Positions 32,747 through 46,659 of a stretch of 64,000 nt of DNA are shown here, piece by piece. Within the stretch, counting starts at the first letter, position 1. Every line of letters starts with the position of its first letter. Position numbers and translations under genes: made by a program. This stretch comes from Eledone cirrhosa. Lineage: Eukaryota. The notes beneath the pieces were generated by a model that made no database searches, was not told where the DNA came from, and worked only from the letters and a program-made list of their open reading frames with translations. The stretch is from contig OZ024740.1 of NCBI GenBank assembly GCA_964016885.1, positions 214,520,001 to 214,584,000 of the forward strand, read 5' to 3'.

Positions 32747-34538
32747 ATGGATGCCATTTCCACCTCGCACACTGTTGTGAGTGCCACGCCCGCTAAGAAA
32801 AGTGGTGGAGGGAAGGTAGGAGTACAAAGCTTGCAGCCTTCCCCCCTCGCATTATCGAAAAACGTTGAAAATATTGAAACTACGAAACCAAACCCGGTAA
32901 ATAATACCAGCACCAACAACAAGAACAATGACAATAACACCACAACCAACAACTGCAACAATAGCAACACCAAGGAAAACATGAACAATATTACCAACAG
33001 TGACAGCAACAAAAAAGACAGCACCAAAACAACATTCGCACAGACTGTAAAATAAAACGAACTATACACGCCAATAGACATAACAAATGCTAAACAACTA
33101 TTACAAGACGCAAAACAATTCGTGACTTTTGGCGAAAACGGTGCTTTTAGCATCAATTCTCCACAGGAATTACGTAGAGAGGCTGTCCTGAAAACTGTGG
33201 TTTTCAGGACAATATCGAACGAAACAAGAAAACCAGCTCAATTATCACAAAATGAAATTGAGCTGGTTCTAAAAGATGCAATGAAGGACTTAACCTTCAT
33301 ACAAAAAGGTAAACTGTTTGGTAGAATTTCGGTGCTAATGAACAACCAGTCAACAGCTCAAAAGAACTCGGTATCACCCATTGTGTCCCCCCGCTTCACC
33401 TTTTTCCCCACATACAGGGGAAAAAGGACACAAAGAATAAAAATAATGAGTATCACACCAAATGTAAATATTTGGTGGATACTATGTGGAATCATTGACT
33501 TTGACGAAGACAAGATAATTTCAATAGGAAAGTCCTCCGGAGGTGTATTTGGTGGGACCAGCGTAGAAGTTCTGGTGCAAATGAGCCCAGAACGAATAGC
33601 GAATATCCCACAACGCGTGCTTCTGGACGGGCTAACTTATATAAACATTTCAGTGGAGAGAAGGCGGCCGTCATGTTACCACTGCTTAAGCAGGGGTCAC
33701 CTGAGGGCTGCCTGTCCTCAATTAACGAGTAAAAAAAAAAGGCTCTTCTGCCAACCCCGAACACAACAACACAACCACCACCACCACCACAACAACAACA
33801 ACCACAACAACACGGAAAAATAACAACACAAAACACTGTTCCACCCAACCCCTCCCCACCTAAAACAAATACAAAAGCAACCACAACAAAACCCCAAAAT
33901 ATACCCCTCCCCAACAACACGGAAGAGGACTCCGTATCAACGTCACCCAGTGACGACGAGGGAGAACCCTTTCAACAGGTGAAAAGGAAAAAAAAAGGCA
34001 CCACATTAACAAAAATGCCACAAACACACAACCACTAGCACAAACAGAACAAACATCACAAATAAAAAAAAACACCCCTCCCCAAAACATAACACATACT
34101 GCAAAACGCAAACACGCACAAGAACAACAAACAAAAACAAACACAACACAACAAAAACTCTATACATACATTAACAAGAACAATAAAACGTTGATGAAAG
34201 CGATAGAAAATAACCCTTCGGTGGAAACCGAAGGGATCACTTTCACCTACGCAGCGAACAAACCGCACCTAATGATGATTAGGGTCCCAACGGAAAATTA
34301 TGTAACTTTGAAAAAGAACCATCCAATGCATGTGGGGACCAACTGCACCAAACCACTTAACCACGTCCTATTGAGATATTTCCCCACCCCCACACCAGAC
34401 ACCCACACCCCACCAAACGCCCTAATCCCACCACACACTGATGTCCTCACCCCACCACAAACCACCACCCCACCAAACAACCCTTCCAACACCCCCATGA
34501 AAATTGTGCAGCCTGGTCCCCAGGAGACGAAGAGGTAA
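32747..34538 (+). pseudogene. Tx1 ORF1 with CCHC zinc knuckle; stop at 33053 and later frameshifts
   Basis: CYHCLSRGHLRAAC; Asn/Thr- and Pro-rich linkers as in copy 1. Confidence 0.8.
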
Positions 34539-34573
34539 GTAATTTCCTTCCTCTTCCTTTTTAACTCTTCAGC

Positions 34574-37500
34574 ACCAACAAGGCCAATATAAGAGTTGGA
34601 TGTGTGAATGCACGCGGCTTGGGGATGTCCTGTAAACAGGGCAAACTCTTAAATGACCTCAGGTCGCACAGAGTGGATGTAATGGTTATTTGCGAGTCCA
34701 GGATCAGCAGCGGCGAGCGCCAACTGGCCCCCATCTTCGACGACTTTGAGATCGACGCATCTCTCTGTCAGCCGAGGGGTGAGGGTGGGGTTGTCGTTCT
34801 GCTGCGAAAGTACCTGGGTCTTGCCACACAGAAGGTACACCTGGACCCGGAGGGTCGACTGGTGGTTTTAGACGTCGGCAGTGGTGAAGGTGGAGCTTTC
34901 AGGCTGGTGGCAGCGTATGCCCCATCTGGGACACCGCGACCGGACTTCTTCCGACGCCTGGAGAATTTCCTGGGAACGTCTCGCTCCTTCCTTTTAGTGG
35001 GGGACTGGAATGGTATCCTGGATGCACGTTGGGACTATGTAGGGGCATGTCCCGATAGAGGGGGGTGTAACAGCCTCAAACGATTAATCGGCCGATTTGA
35101 TCTGGCCGATAGATATCGACTAGATTTTCCGACTGTGCCACGGTGGACGTGGAGTAATCGCAGCGGAACATCTAGGTCGTACCTAGATAGGTTCCTAGTT
35201 AGAAATAAGGATAGGGACATATTAAGCTGTCCACGAATGTTCATGGTTGACTATTCGGATCACAAGTTGGTGACCGGAGTGGTCAACCTTGATAGAACTC
35301 ATAGACAGGGACCCGGTTACTGGAAACTAAACTTGTCTTTACCGACAAACAAAGCTTACAATAAGCGGATTAGCACACTAGTTAAGCAGCATTTGACGGG
35401 GGCAATTGTCAACAACAGGTGGTGGGGCTCTCTCAAGAGAGAAATTAGAATAGAATCGATAGGTTTTAGTCGACAATTAGCATCAGATAGGAATAGAACT
35501 GAAAGGGAATTAACAAATTGAGGAGAAGAGGCGATTAGGAGTGGCAACGTGGCCGGCGTGCTGGCGTCAAGAACGGCCCTAGACCAGTTCTTTGATGCGA
35601 AGCACGAGGGCTGCATTGTCAGGAGTAAAATACGTGCTCTGGGTAACGAGGGAGCCAAAGCTGTTAGCTGGGCCCGAGTGACAGAGGCAAAAAGTGGAAA
35701 CAAGTCCACGATTCGGTCTTTGAAGGACCAGGATGGACGCGTGATCCTTGAACCTAAGCGGATGAGTGCGGCCTTTTAACGGCGCTTTGCACAACTGTTC
35801 GGGAGGGGCGGCGGGCCGGGTGGGGCCATGGATTTCGGTCCATACCTCGACGGTCTGGCGCGGCTCTCGGAAGGGGAGGCGAAGTCCTACGAGGGGCCGA
35901 TTTCAGCCGCTGAAATAGGGGAAGCGTTGAGCCAATGCGGCAAACGCAAATCTCCGGGTCTCGATGGTCTACTATACGAACTTTATGTAGCGATGCCGGG
36001 CTTGTTCTCCGGTCTCCTGGAGGCGGTCTACTGCAACAGGCAACAGAACGGGAGAATTCCCAGTTCTGTGACCAAGGGCGTAGTCACGCTGGTGAGGAAG
36101 GACGAGAACAAGGGGGATGACATAGATAACTTCAGGCCCATAACTCTGCTAAACACAGAGTTAAAGATTTTGGCCAAGGTGTTAGCGAAGAGGTTGGCGC
36201 TTGTCGTCGGGAACCTGGTGGGAGAAGCGCAGACATGCGCAATCTCGTCCAGGTCCATACACGACAACCTCCACCTCATGCGATACATCGTAGAGAGGGT
36301 AGGGAACGAACCCGGCTTTGGTGGGGCCCTGATCAACTTGGATGAATCTAAGGCGTTCGATAGGGTTGACCATCGGTACCTGGATGCGGTGCTCGCGGCG
36401 GCAGGCTTCGGACCCGTTTTCAGGGACTGGATTGCTACAATGCACAACAGCAACACCTGCTCGAGGGTCAAGGTGAACGGCTACCTCTCGGAGCCGTTCC
36501 AAATCACGCGATCCATTCGACAGGGATGCCCTCTCTCCTCCCTCCTGTATGTGCTGGCTCTCGAGCCACTACTGCGGAAGCTGGAGCTGATGCAGGGCAT
36601 CCCCTTGGAACCGGGATTGCGGAAAGCGGTGTCGGCCTACGCCGATGACGTGACAGTAATGGTGTCGTGCGCCTCGGAAATCGGGCAGATCAGCACCTTA
36701 CTGGAGGAATATGAAAGGTTCACAGGAGCCAAGCTGAACCGGGACAAGTCCGTCGGTTTGCAACTCGGGACGTGGAGGGGCAAAACGATGCCCTCCGACG
36801 GCATCGTCGGACGCTGGACGGAGGGACCGGTGAAGCTGCTCGGGGTCTGGTTCGGACCGGACCTCCAGGTGGAGAAAAACTGGGACGAGGTAACGGGCAA
36901 GGTCTTTGCACTCGCCCAGAAGTGGGTCGAGTGCAAACTATCCCTGAAAGGTCGAACGGAGGTGGCGAACGCTTATATAGCGTCCGTCATCTACTACCGC
37001 TTGACCGTCGTGCCTTGCCCAGAGAAAACACTCGCCAAAATGAAGCGCGCGCTCTTCCGATTTCTTTGGAAGAAGCGGGCTCCTTTGGTGAGAAGATCCA
37101 TCTGCTGTCAACACCCTTCGAACGGAGGGCTGGGGATGCCGTGGCTGACGATGCGTATACACGCATTAAGGCTACGGCACCTCCAGGTATTCCTCACCGG
37201 TCAGCCGGTGTGGGCCCTGTTTGTGAGGCGAGCCTTTCCGAGACTCGTCTCACTCACCGAGCTGCAATCCTGGGTCAAGCAAAGACCGAGAAAAGTGGGC
37301 GACTGGCACATTGAATGTGCCCAGGCGCTCACGGCCCTCTGGCAAGCGGATCCAGCAATCAGTGGAGACTCAACCTCAACATTCTATAGAGGGTTGGTGC
37401 GCAGTAAGTGCAACGACGCTCTCGGAGAGGCTCTGGGCATGGAGGAAGACGAGCTGGCCAGTTTGTTCGGTAGGACGTTTGGCCCGGGACCGATGGACAA

Positions 37501-38020
37501 CTTCCAAAAGTCCCTGGCTTGGCAATGTTACCGAGGAGCTCTACCCGTTCGGGACAAGCTCTACAGACACGGGCGCCCGGGTAGGGACCCCTCGAAGAAG
37601 ATCTGTCAGAGATGCGTGCGTGACGAGGAAACCGTCGCACACGCATTCGTACACTGCCCGGGCGTTGCTGACCTGTGGGGCTATGTAGAACGACTACTGT
37701 CGCGGGTGGCACCAATCCGGTTGACCACCGAGAACATTGTCACGATCAAACCGCCTCCCCCTTTCAAAAACGAAGGAGAGGCGGTTTTCCTCTGTGTGAT
37801 AGCCATGGCGAAATAAGTTGTATGGTGGACAAGGTTGAAAGGGCTGAGGTCAGACACCTTTCTCTCCGGCCAACAACTGGTCTTTTTTTTCAAGCACCAC
37901 TTTAGAAGAAGGATCAGAATGGAGAGAGAGGTGCTCTACCCCAGCAAGTTTTATGAAAGATGGGTGAAAGTAGCGAGAATGGCCCGAGTGAATGGGCCTT
38001 CTCTCTATATCAGCCTGTAG
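34574..38020 (+). pseudogene. Tx1 ORF2 (APE-RT-zinc finger); stops at 35519, 35777, 37814
   Basis: CVNARG, VGDWN, SDH, FRPITLLN, RQGCPLS, YADD, CQRC..ET..H...C. Confidence 0.92.
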
Positions 38021-39324
38021 GTGATAGAGGAGAAGAATGAGAAGAGGAAGGAAGTACCCGCTCTTTGTGCTCCTGAAGAGGAGGGTTGCACATTTTTTCG
38101 GGGGTGTGTGCGACCCATGTCAACGCCCCTCCCTATTGAGGACATCGATTGTTAAATTTAATTTGTTATATGTTTTTTACACGTCTTTTTAAATGTATGT
38201 AAACTCCCCCCTTTGTATTTGTCCCAATCTTTGATGCCCTGGTGGCAAATAAATAGAAATATATATCTACTGCACAACACTCTCCCTCGTTCCCTCTCAC
38301 TCTATCCATCACTACCAAACTCTCCCGTTTCGATATCAATTATCACCAAACTATCACCCTCTTTATATATATACCATACAGCACTCTTTCCAAATCTCCC
38401 TCTCTATATCAATTAACACCAAACTCCCCCCTTTCTGTATCTACTACACGGAACTATTTTCTAATTCCCCTCTATATATCAATTAGCATCAAACTCTCTC
38501 CCTTTCTATGTCTACTAAACAGAACTCTCTTCCAATCCCCCTCTCTATATCAATTAACGCTAAACTCTCTCCCTCTCTATATCTACAACATAGAACTAAC
38601 TCTCTTCCAGTACCCTTTTCTATATCAATAAACATCAATCTCTCCCCCTCTCTATATCTAATATACAACATACTCTCCCAACCTTCCTCTCTATATCAAT
38701 TATTACCAAAATCTTCCCCTCTCTATATCTATATCTATATCTATATCTTTCTCTCCTCTCTCTACACAACATGTACATAAATTGTAGCACATATACAAAT
38801 AGATGTGTGTTTTGGTAGTTTTGGGAGAAAAATATAATTATTGAGGAGAGGGGTGGGGGGTCCCCTGGCCACCCCAGTTCCACCGCCCATGTGTTGGCGA
38901 AGTCATTAGTACCGTTCACTGGTTCTCTCGTGGTATATGTGGTTTAGGTGAAGGGGGTCAGTGCTTCGACAACTGCACGTCCAACAACTTTACTTTATAT
39001 GTGTTTGTAATATCTATATATGGTAGCTGTTGATAACATGTTCATGAGATATATATTTTCGTACAGCTGTAGCTCATTTAGTGCTGCTTCTGTTAACCAG
39101 ATTCTCGACCTAATGATTTCTGATAATGTAAAGAAATTGACTTGTGATAGTAGCTATGACACAAACATTATATAACATTTCATTCCTTACTTTATATACC
39201 ATGCTGTCTCCACCAAAGACACAGTGACAAACGAAATAGGGACACATTTTGACACTGTGTTAGTATAAGTCACTGTGTTTGTGGAATACTAGCAGTCGCC
39301 CCTACATATCACTTTCCGCTCTCT

Positions 39325-39530
39325 ACGCCAATGTTGCTGTCCAAAGGTAAGGTAATGGCCGATACAGCTTGGCCCCAGTAATGTCACAACTCATTTCTAC
39401 AGCTGAGTGAGCTGGAGCATCGTGAAATAAAGTATCTTGCTCAAGCACGCAAACACATCGCTCTGTCCAGAAATCGAACTCACAACCACACGATTGTGAA
39501 GCGGACGCTGTAAGTAGTAAGCTTTGCGCC
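39325..39530 (-). mobile_element. tRNA-derived CORE-like SINE
   Basis: B-box GAGTTCGATT and CTTGAGCAAGA(C/T)ACTT core; family also at 25035-25125, 45331-45530, 48768-48883, 60317-60500. Confidence 0.78.
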
Positions 39531-39682
39531 TTCACTTGATATAAGTAATTTACACCTGTAATCTTCCTCCAAACTCTGTATTATACGGTCTGAGATGAAG
39601 CTGACTCTTGAAATTACAGATACACTTAGTGCAATGAGCTTCCACGTAGTTACTGTCGACCAAATTTTACACACGAGGCTTA

Positions 39683-40174
39683 TCTATATATATAAAACTG
39701 AGGATGTCTGTCTGTGTGTGAGTTTGAATCCCTAAAACTCGAGAACCACCCAACCGACTGTTTTCAAACTTTACACATGTAATACTTATGTTTCAGGGAA
39801 TGTTCTAAACAAAAGAAATTTCAAATGTTCAATGCCCAAGGGACGGCGTCAGGCGATTTAGCGATCTCTCTCTATAATTCTTACTTTTCTATATTTAGAT
39901 AGATACATACATATAACGTCGCGCCCTTATAATATCTGTCTGTATGTCTGGCTGTCTGCATAACGTCACTTCCCTGAGGATGTGTGTGTGTGAGTTTGAA
40001 TCCCTAAAACTCGAGAAGTACCCAACCGAATTTTTTTCAAACTTTACATGTGTATTACTTATGTTTCATGGAGTTTTATGCACATAAAATTCAACTTTTT
40101 GATCTCCTAGGGCCCACATCAGGTGAAAAACTGCGTTTTAACTTATCCCGTGCAACGCCGGGTACCACTGGTAG
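39683..40174 (+). mobile_element. Non-autonomous Helitron
   Basis: A|TCTATATATATAAAA start; 3' hairpin CCCG..CGGG then GTAG|T (CTAG variant); internal duplication 39698/39975. Confidence 0.75.
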
Positions 40175-40258
40175 TATCATATACAGTTAGCAATATACAT
40201 CAAATTGGAAATCTTATGACCGAGTAACGAACTTCTCAACCATTCAGTCTTGCCTGTT

Positions 40259-40404
<146 letters not shown>

Positions 40405-40429
40405 GCGTGCATACACACGTACATGAATG

Positions 40430-40463
<34 letters not shown>

Positions 40464-40508
40464 GTGACGAAACATAAGTCAATTGCATGAACTCATAATC
40501 CTTTATTT

Positions 40509-40564
40509 ACTGCTATATATATTTCGATGATAGCCATTGAATGGCTATGACCTCATCAGGCAGT
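40509..40564 (-). ncRNA. Type I hammerhead ribozyme
   Basis: ACTGC CTGATGA [ATAGCCA/TGGCTAT] GAAA TATAT ATA GCAGT, followed by AATAAA. Confidence 0.85.
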
Positions 40565-40696
40565 TAGTCAGTTCTTAGATATGCCAGCTCTGTGTGTATA
40601 GTGTTGGTGGTATCAGAGCCTTGGGACATATATATATATATTGGGACATATATACATATATATATATATTAGGACATATATATATATATATATATA

Positions 40697-41047
<351 letters not shown>

Positions 41048-41073
41048 AAGTATATAAGTATATATATATATAT

Positions 41074-42516
41074 ACAATTAAGTTAAAGATGTACATCCAT
41101 ATATGTATACTGAAATACTAGTATGTATATGAATACACACACGTATACATATGTAGATGTACCAAGTTTTTTCACTGGTCACTTTACTGTGAGTGGCCAG
41201 CTATTCTGTATGTAAACACACAGACAAACCGGTTTTTAGAGTCATACTGGTTTTTGAGGAAACACCTTTCCTCTATTCTCCAGAAAGCCAGACAAGGAAT
41301 ATTGAACTAGTTTCGTTGTTGTTACAACTCATCAGCAATATTTACCTATCTTCCGGCCTCTCTAGAGAATCGTAAAAGCACATATCGTTATATGCTTTTT
41401 CTATGAAAATTAGTAGTGGGCAGACTAATTTGCATAGAGTGTGAGTAAGTACCGGTTCAACGGAGACGATAAAAACAAAATAACGAAACGAAATTAAATT
41501 TCGTTTCGTTTGTAACTCACTTTTGTATGACTGACGCTTAAACAATTAAGTTAAAGATGTACATCCATATATGTATACTGAAATACTAGTATGTATATGA
41601 ATACACACACGTATACATATGTAGATGTACCAAGTTTTTTCTCTGGTCACTTTACTGTGAGTGGCCAGCTATTCTGTATGTAAACACACAGACAAACCGG
41701 TTTTTAGAGTCATACTGGTTTTTGAGGAAACACCTTTCCTCTATTCACCAGAAAGCCAGACAAGGAATATTGAACTAGTTTCGTTGTTGTTACAACTCAT
41801 CAGCAATATTTACCTATCTTCCGGCCTCTCTAGAGAATCGTAAAAGCACATATCGTTATATGCTTTTTCTATGAAAATTAGTAGTGGGCAGACTAATTTG
41901 CATAGAGTGTGAGTAAGTACCGGTTCAACGGAGACGATAAAAACAAATAACGAAACGAAATTAAATTTCGTTTCGTTTGTAACTCACTTTTGTATGACTG
42001 ACGCTTAAACAATTAAGTTAAAGATAATTTAATTTCGTTTCGTTATTTGTTTTTATCGTCTCCGTTGAACCGGTACTTACTCACACTCTATGCAAATTAG
42101 TCTGCCCACTACTAATTTTCATAGAAAAAGCATATAACGATATGTGCTTTTACGATTCTCTAGAGAGGCCGGAAGATAGGTAAATATTGCTGATGAGTTG
42201 TAACAACAACGAAACTAGTTCAATATTCCTTGTCTGGCTTTCTGGTGAATAGAGGAAAGGTGTTTCCTCAAAAACCAGTATGACTCTAAAAACCGGTTTG
42301 TCTGTGTGTTTACATACAGAATAGCTGGCCACTCACAGTAAAGTGACCAGTGAAAAAACTTGGTACATCTACATATGTATACGTGTGTGTATTCATATAC
42401 ATACTAGTATTTCAGTATACATATATGGATGTACATCTTTAACTTAATTGTTTAAGCGTCAGTCATACAAAAGTGAGTTACAAACGAAACGAAATTTAAT
42501 TTCGTTTCGTTATTTG

Positions 42517-42522
<6 letters not shown>
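41074..42522. mobile_element. 468-bp hammerhead-bearing unit: two tandem copies plus one inverted copy (retrozyme/PLE-like)
   Basis: Unit starts 41074, 41542, 42009; inversion at 42026; flanked by (TA)n. Confidence 0.88.
42183..42227 (+). ncRNA. Type I hammerhead ribozyme; identical copies on - strand at 41298-41342 and 41766-41810
   Basis: AATATTG CTGATGA GTTG-TAACAA-CAAC GAAA CTA GTT CAATATT; 7-bp stem I. Confidence 0.9.
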
Positions 42523-42575
<53 letters not shown>

Positions 42576-42582
<7 letters not shown>

Positions 42583-42791
42583 TAACAGATTAAAGTTTAA
42601 GCAAATAATCGCTGCTTTCACCCTTAACGGTATCCTCTGAAACTAACCCGTTAAGGGTGAAAGCAGCGATTCTTTGCTTAAACTTTAATCTGTTATTTTA
42701 ATAAATATTTGCTCTACGGTTCTTATATATTTGATATATATTTATCCTTATCGAGCCCTCTTTGGATTTTGGTCTTCAAATTTATTATTAT

Positions 42792-42795
<4 letters not shown>
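42576..42795 (+). mobile_element. Short PLE-like insert: about 55-bp inverted arms plus tail, in (TA)n; fragment also at 20411-20446
   Basis: TTAAAATAACAGATTAAAG...CCCTTAACGG mirrored at 42648-42702. Confidence 0.7.
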
Positions 42796-42873
<78 letters not shown>

Positions 42874-43079
42874 TTTCTGAATTTGTTTAGCAAGATTCTT
42901 TATCTGAAAACGTGTGTTGAAACCGATATTGTTATACTTTGGGAGGGTCATGTTGCCAATAAGAAACACACGCACCAGTTGCTTTCACTTCAATTTATTA
43001 TAATAAATTTATAAATTTAGGAATTTATAAATTTCCGGTTGGTTGGTTGGTTCTACAACCAGATGATTGTTTATATATT

Positions 43080-43122
43080 GTCAAAGTTCTTTCGTCACAC
43101 ATTCTGTGACCTCTTCAGTGAC
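43080..43122 (-). ncRNA. Type I hammerhead within a ~310-bp repeat (42871-43177; inverse copy 49135-49447)
   Basis: GTCA CTGAAGA G GTCACA-GAATG-TGTGAC GAAA GAA CTT TGAC. Confidence 0.75.
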
Positions 43123-43671
43123 TAGGGATTCTTTTCTTTGTTTTTGTGCCTCTCCTTTGTTCTGTCCTACGCCATCTTGTTTTTCTGTGTATATATATAT
43201 TGATTAGTTAATATCACTGATGTAGGTAACAGTAAAAGTATATTATTAACAATAGTTTCCTATTAGTTTTCAATGCTGTCCAAATCCTCAGCGCCGTCCG
43301 TGCTCAGCCTTAAACTGAATCTCTCAATGGTATTGACCAACAATGCGGGTATTAGTCTTGATCTTTACAAATATATAGAACCAATCCCAATCAGGAATAG
43401 ACACACAATCGTCCACCATGTCTTCCCATATAAAACTCATAGGAAATCTATATGTTACATGTGTATGTGTGTGTGTGTGTCTGTGTATTTTTGTGCATTT
43501 ATACACACACACACACGTATACATACATACATATATACATACATACACACACATGCATGCATGCATACATACACGCACGCAGACATACATACATATATAT
43601 ACACACATACATATATACATACATACATATATATATACATACATATATATATATACATACATACATACATG

Positions 43672-43759
<88 letters not shown>

Positions 43760-43800
43760 CATATCTACATACATATCTACATATATGCATACATATATAC

Positions 43801-43834
<34 letters not shown>

Positions 43835-43948
43835 ATACATACATACACGCACACATACATACATACACGCACGCACACATACACACATACGTACATATAT
43901 ACATACATACATATATACATACATATATATGTATATATACATACATCA

Positions 43949-44013
<65 letters not shown>

Positions 44014-44708
44014 CATACATCTACCCACACATGCATACATACATACACAAATACACACACACATACATACATTTACAGAAGTGATTAAAACAAAAGCATG
44101 GCTTGCTTTATAGACAAGAAAGTGACGAGAAAGAAATAAAACTTTCACATCATGCGGGTTGATTCTATCGATCATACTCCTTTATCGATCATACACTTCC
44201 CTAATAAACTGGCCCTTTGTCTATTCATAAGAAATTGTTATATTCATTATTTCTATTGATTTCTAACAGACACAAGACCTGAAATGGGGTGCGAATTATA
44301 GTTTATTATAGTGACTCTTCTATTGCAGCGATAGAGTGTAACTGGGAGATGAGTGAGTCACTCCAGGTAGAGCTGCTACTCCGAATTGAGAGATCAAAGC
44401 TCCAAGAAGGAAGAAGAAAGAGGAGGAGGAGGAGGAGGAGGAGGAGGAGGAGGGGGTAGTACTAGTAGTAGTAGTAGTAGTAGTAGTAGTAGAAATAATT
44501 GTTTCTACTTTTGGCACAAGGCCAGCAATCACCCAGTGTATTACTGGTACTTTATTTTATCGACCCCGAAAGGATGAAAGGCAAAGTTAACCTCGGCGGG
44601 ATTTGAACTCGGTCTGTAATGGGACGTAACTATGCTGCAAAGCATGGCGTCCGACTCTCTACCGATACTGCCAATCCACCCGTAGTAGAAATAATAATAA
44701 GAAGGAGA

Positions 44709-44747
<39 letters not shown>

Positions 44748-46659
44748 AATTGCTGGCCCTGTGCCTATAGTAGAAATCATTATTATTGTTATTAATACCA
44801 TCATTATTGTCATTTCTATTATTTTTTCATTTACTTGTCTAACGCATGTTTTTACATCCTTCCTGTTTCCTTCTCCACTCACTGACCTTGTGTCACGCGT
44901 AAGGTTCGTGGTCTGTATCGATCATTTATCTACCCGCATATCTGTAGATTGCTGCAGTTTTTCTAAAGCTTACATCTCATATTGTCTGCTGTCTCAGAAG
45001 AGGAAGAGACGGGTGCTAGTATGATGAAGTATGTACTGCCAACTAATTTCCGTTTGATTTCCTCACTTCAAAGGTAAACATTTTCAAACTACAACACTGA
45101 CATAATAGTTTCGGTCTTGTATTTCTTCTTTCCTTGTTCTGGTTTACAAGTACTTCAACTTAAACATCATCTAGTGGGTACTTAAGGAACAAGAGAAACT
45201 CATGCTCTATATATCTGAAAAACAAGTGATATACTGGCCAAGTGTGTCAGCTGCTGAAGCATGGCTTCTTATCATCAATGTCCTATCCATGATTCAAGAT
45301 TTTTCTGTCCTTATGCAGGTGTCAAGTGAAGGTGCGTGGTTTAATGGTTAGGGTATTGGGCTTGCGATCATGATATTGTGGCTTCAATTCGTGGAAAGGG
45401 TGGTGCGTTGTGTTCTCGAGCAAAACACTTCATTTCGCGTTAATACAGTACACCCAGTTGATAATGAACACCAACGATAGATAGGAGATAATCCTGCGAT
45501 GGTCTGGCGTCATGTCCAGGGCTAGTCATGTACTCTTTGTCGCTAAACGCCGAGAGCAGACTTTAATAAAAATTCAGGCGTTAAGATGTGTTGATCATTT
45601 TGAAGCACTCGACTTTAGTTCTTCGAAATAACTACTCACAGGCCTGAGATGTGAACCTGACATAGCTACCCCAGAGAAGATGAATATCTTATTCGTTAAT
45701 TATTTTTTATAGACACACGAAACCTCGAAATTTTAAGATTATATTGAGTGATGTTCTTATGTTTACTAAAAATGTGGTTCTGCGAATGATTGCGTCTACT
45801 ACACGCAACCAAATCTTGAGGACTGTGCTGTGTCGTATGGTATGTTGTAGTTATGAGGTAGGGCTGCGTAGGTTTAGCGAGGTTTCTATGATGTTGCATC
45901 ATATAGGAGGTTTCAATGATATTTTAATAATAACAGTTTCTGATTTTGGAACAAGGCCAACAATTTTGGGAGAGGGGGGAAATCGATTAAATCGATCCCA
46001 GTGCGTGACTGGTACTTTATTTTATCTACCCCGTAAGGATGAAAGGCAAATCTAACCTCTGCAGAATTTGAACTCACAATATGGTTTTGGTCTACCTCTG
46101 GGTCTACTGCCGGTTAGGTTTGGTCCCCAACAAAGAAAAGATATACTTCATATGCTTTTGTGTCCTATATAAGCTGAATGGACTAACCTCAGTGTTGACA
46201 AAGAGAACCCAGCCAAACAGGAAACCAATGTACGACTTATGTTGATTATGTCATGAACTAACTTGCAAATAATGATGTAGAGACAAACATACGAGGGTCG
46301 GCTGAAACGGCCATTGGTTGGTTATGAAGGAATGATGCTAGAGCTGTGAAATCTTGCATGCATTAATTCCAATTCTTCTTACTAATAACTGTATTGTTTC
46401 TTTCGCGGGACTATGTTAAAAATTAAACCTCATTTGATCATTCCATGGCCTTTTCAGCCAACCCTCGTCTATACCGATGATGTACAGTATCAGTTTATTC
46501 ATTTAACACTTTCTATACATTTGTTTGGCCATAAGTTAAAATAAAAATATTAGTTTGTATGATAACTCTGTGGTAAGTAGTACAGAGAATTATTCCTTCA
46601 CCCTCGTAATTTGCCAATATAATCTGGTGTCTCCGAAGAATGCTCTATAGCTGAACATT

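Larger units (their letters stand above)
32550..38260 (+). mobile_element. Tx1/L1-clade LINE copy 2, near full-length, decayed
   Basis: ORF1 from 32747, ORF2 to 38020, 3' UTR with AATAAA near 38248. Confidence 0.92.

Noticed and set aside
36772-37314. Alternative-frame and antisense ORFs inside the LINEs
   Set aside because: Expected shadows of GC-rich coding sequence
41193-41375. 60-aa ORF repeated three times
   Set aside because: GTG start, antisense to the hammerhead, merely follows the repeat unit
43273-44113. Long YI/HT/CV-rich ORFs here and at 21009-21821, 56239-58425
   Set aside because: Translations of stop-free microsatellites
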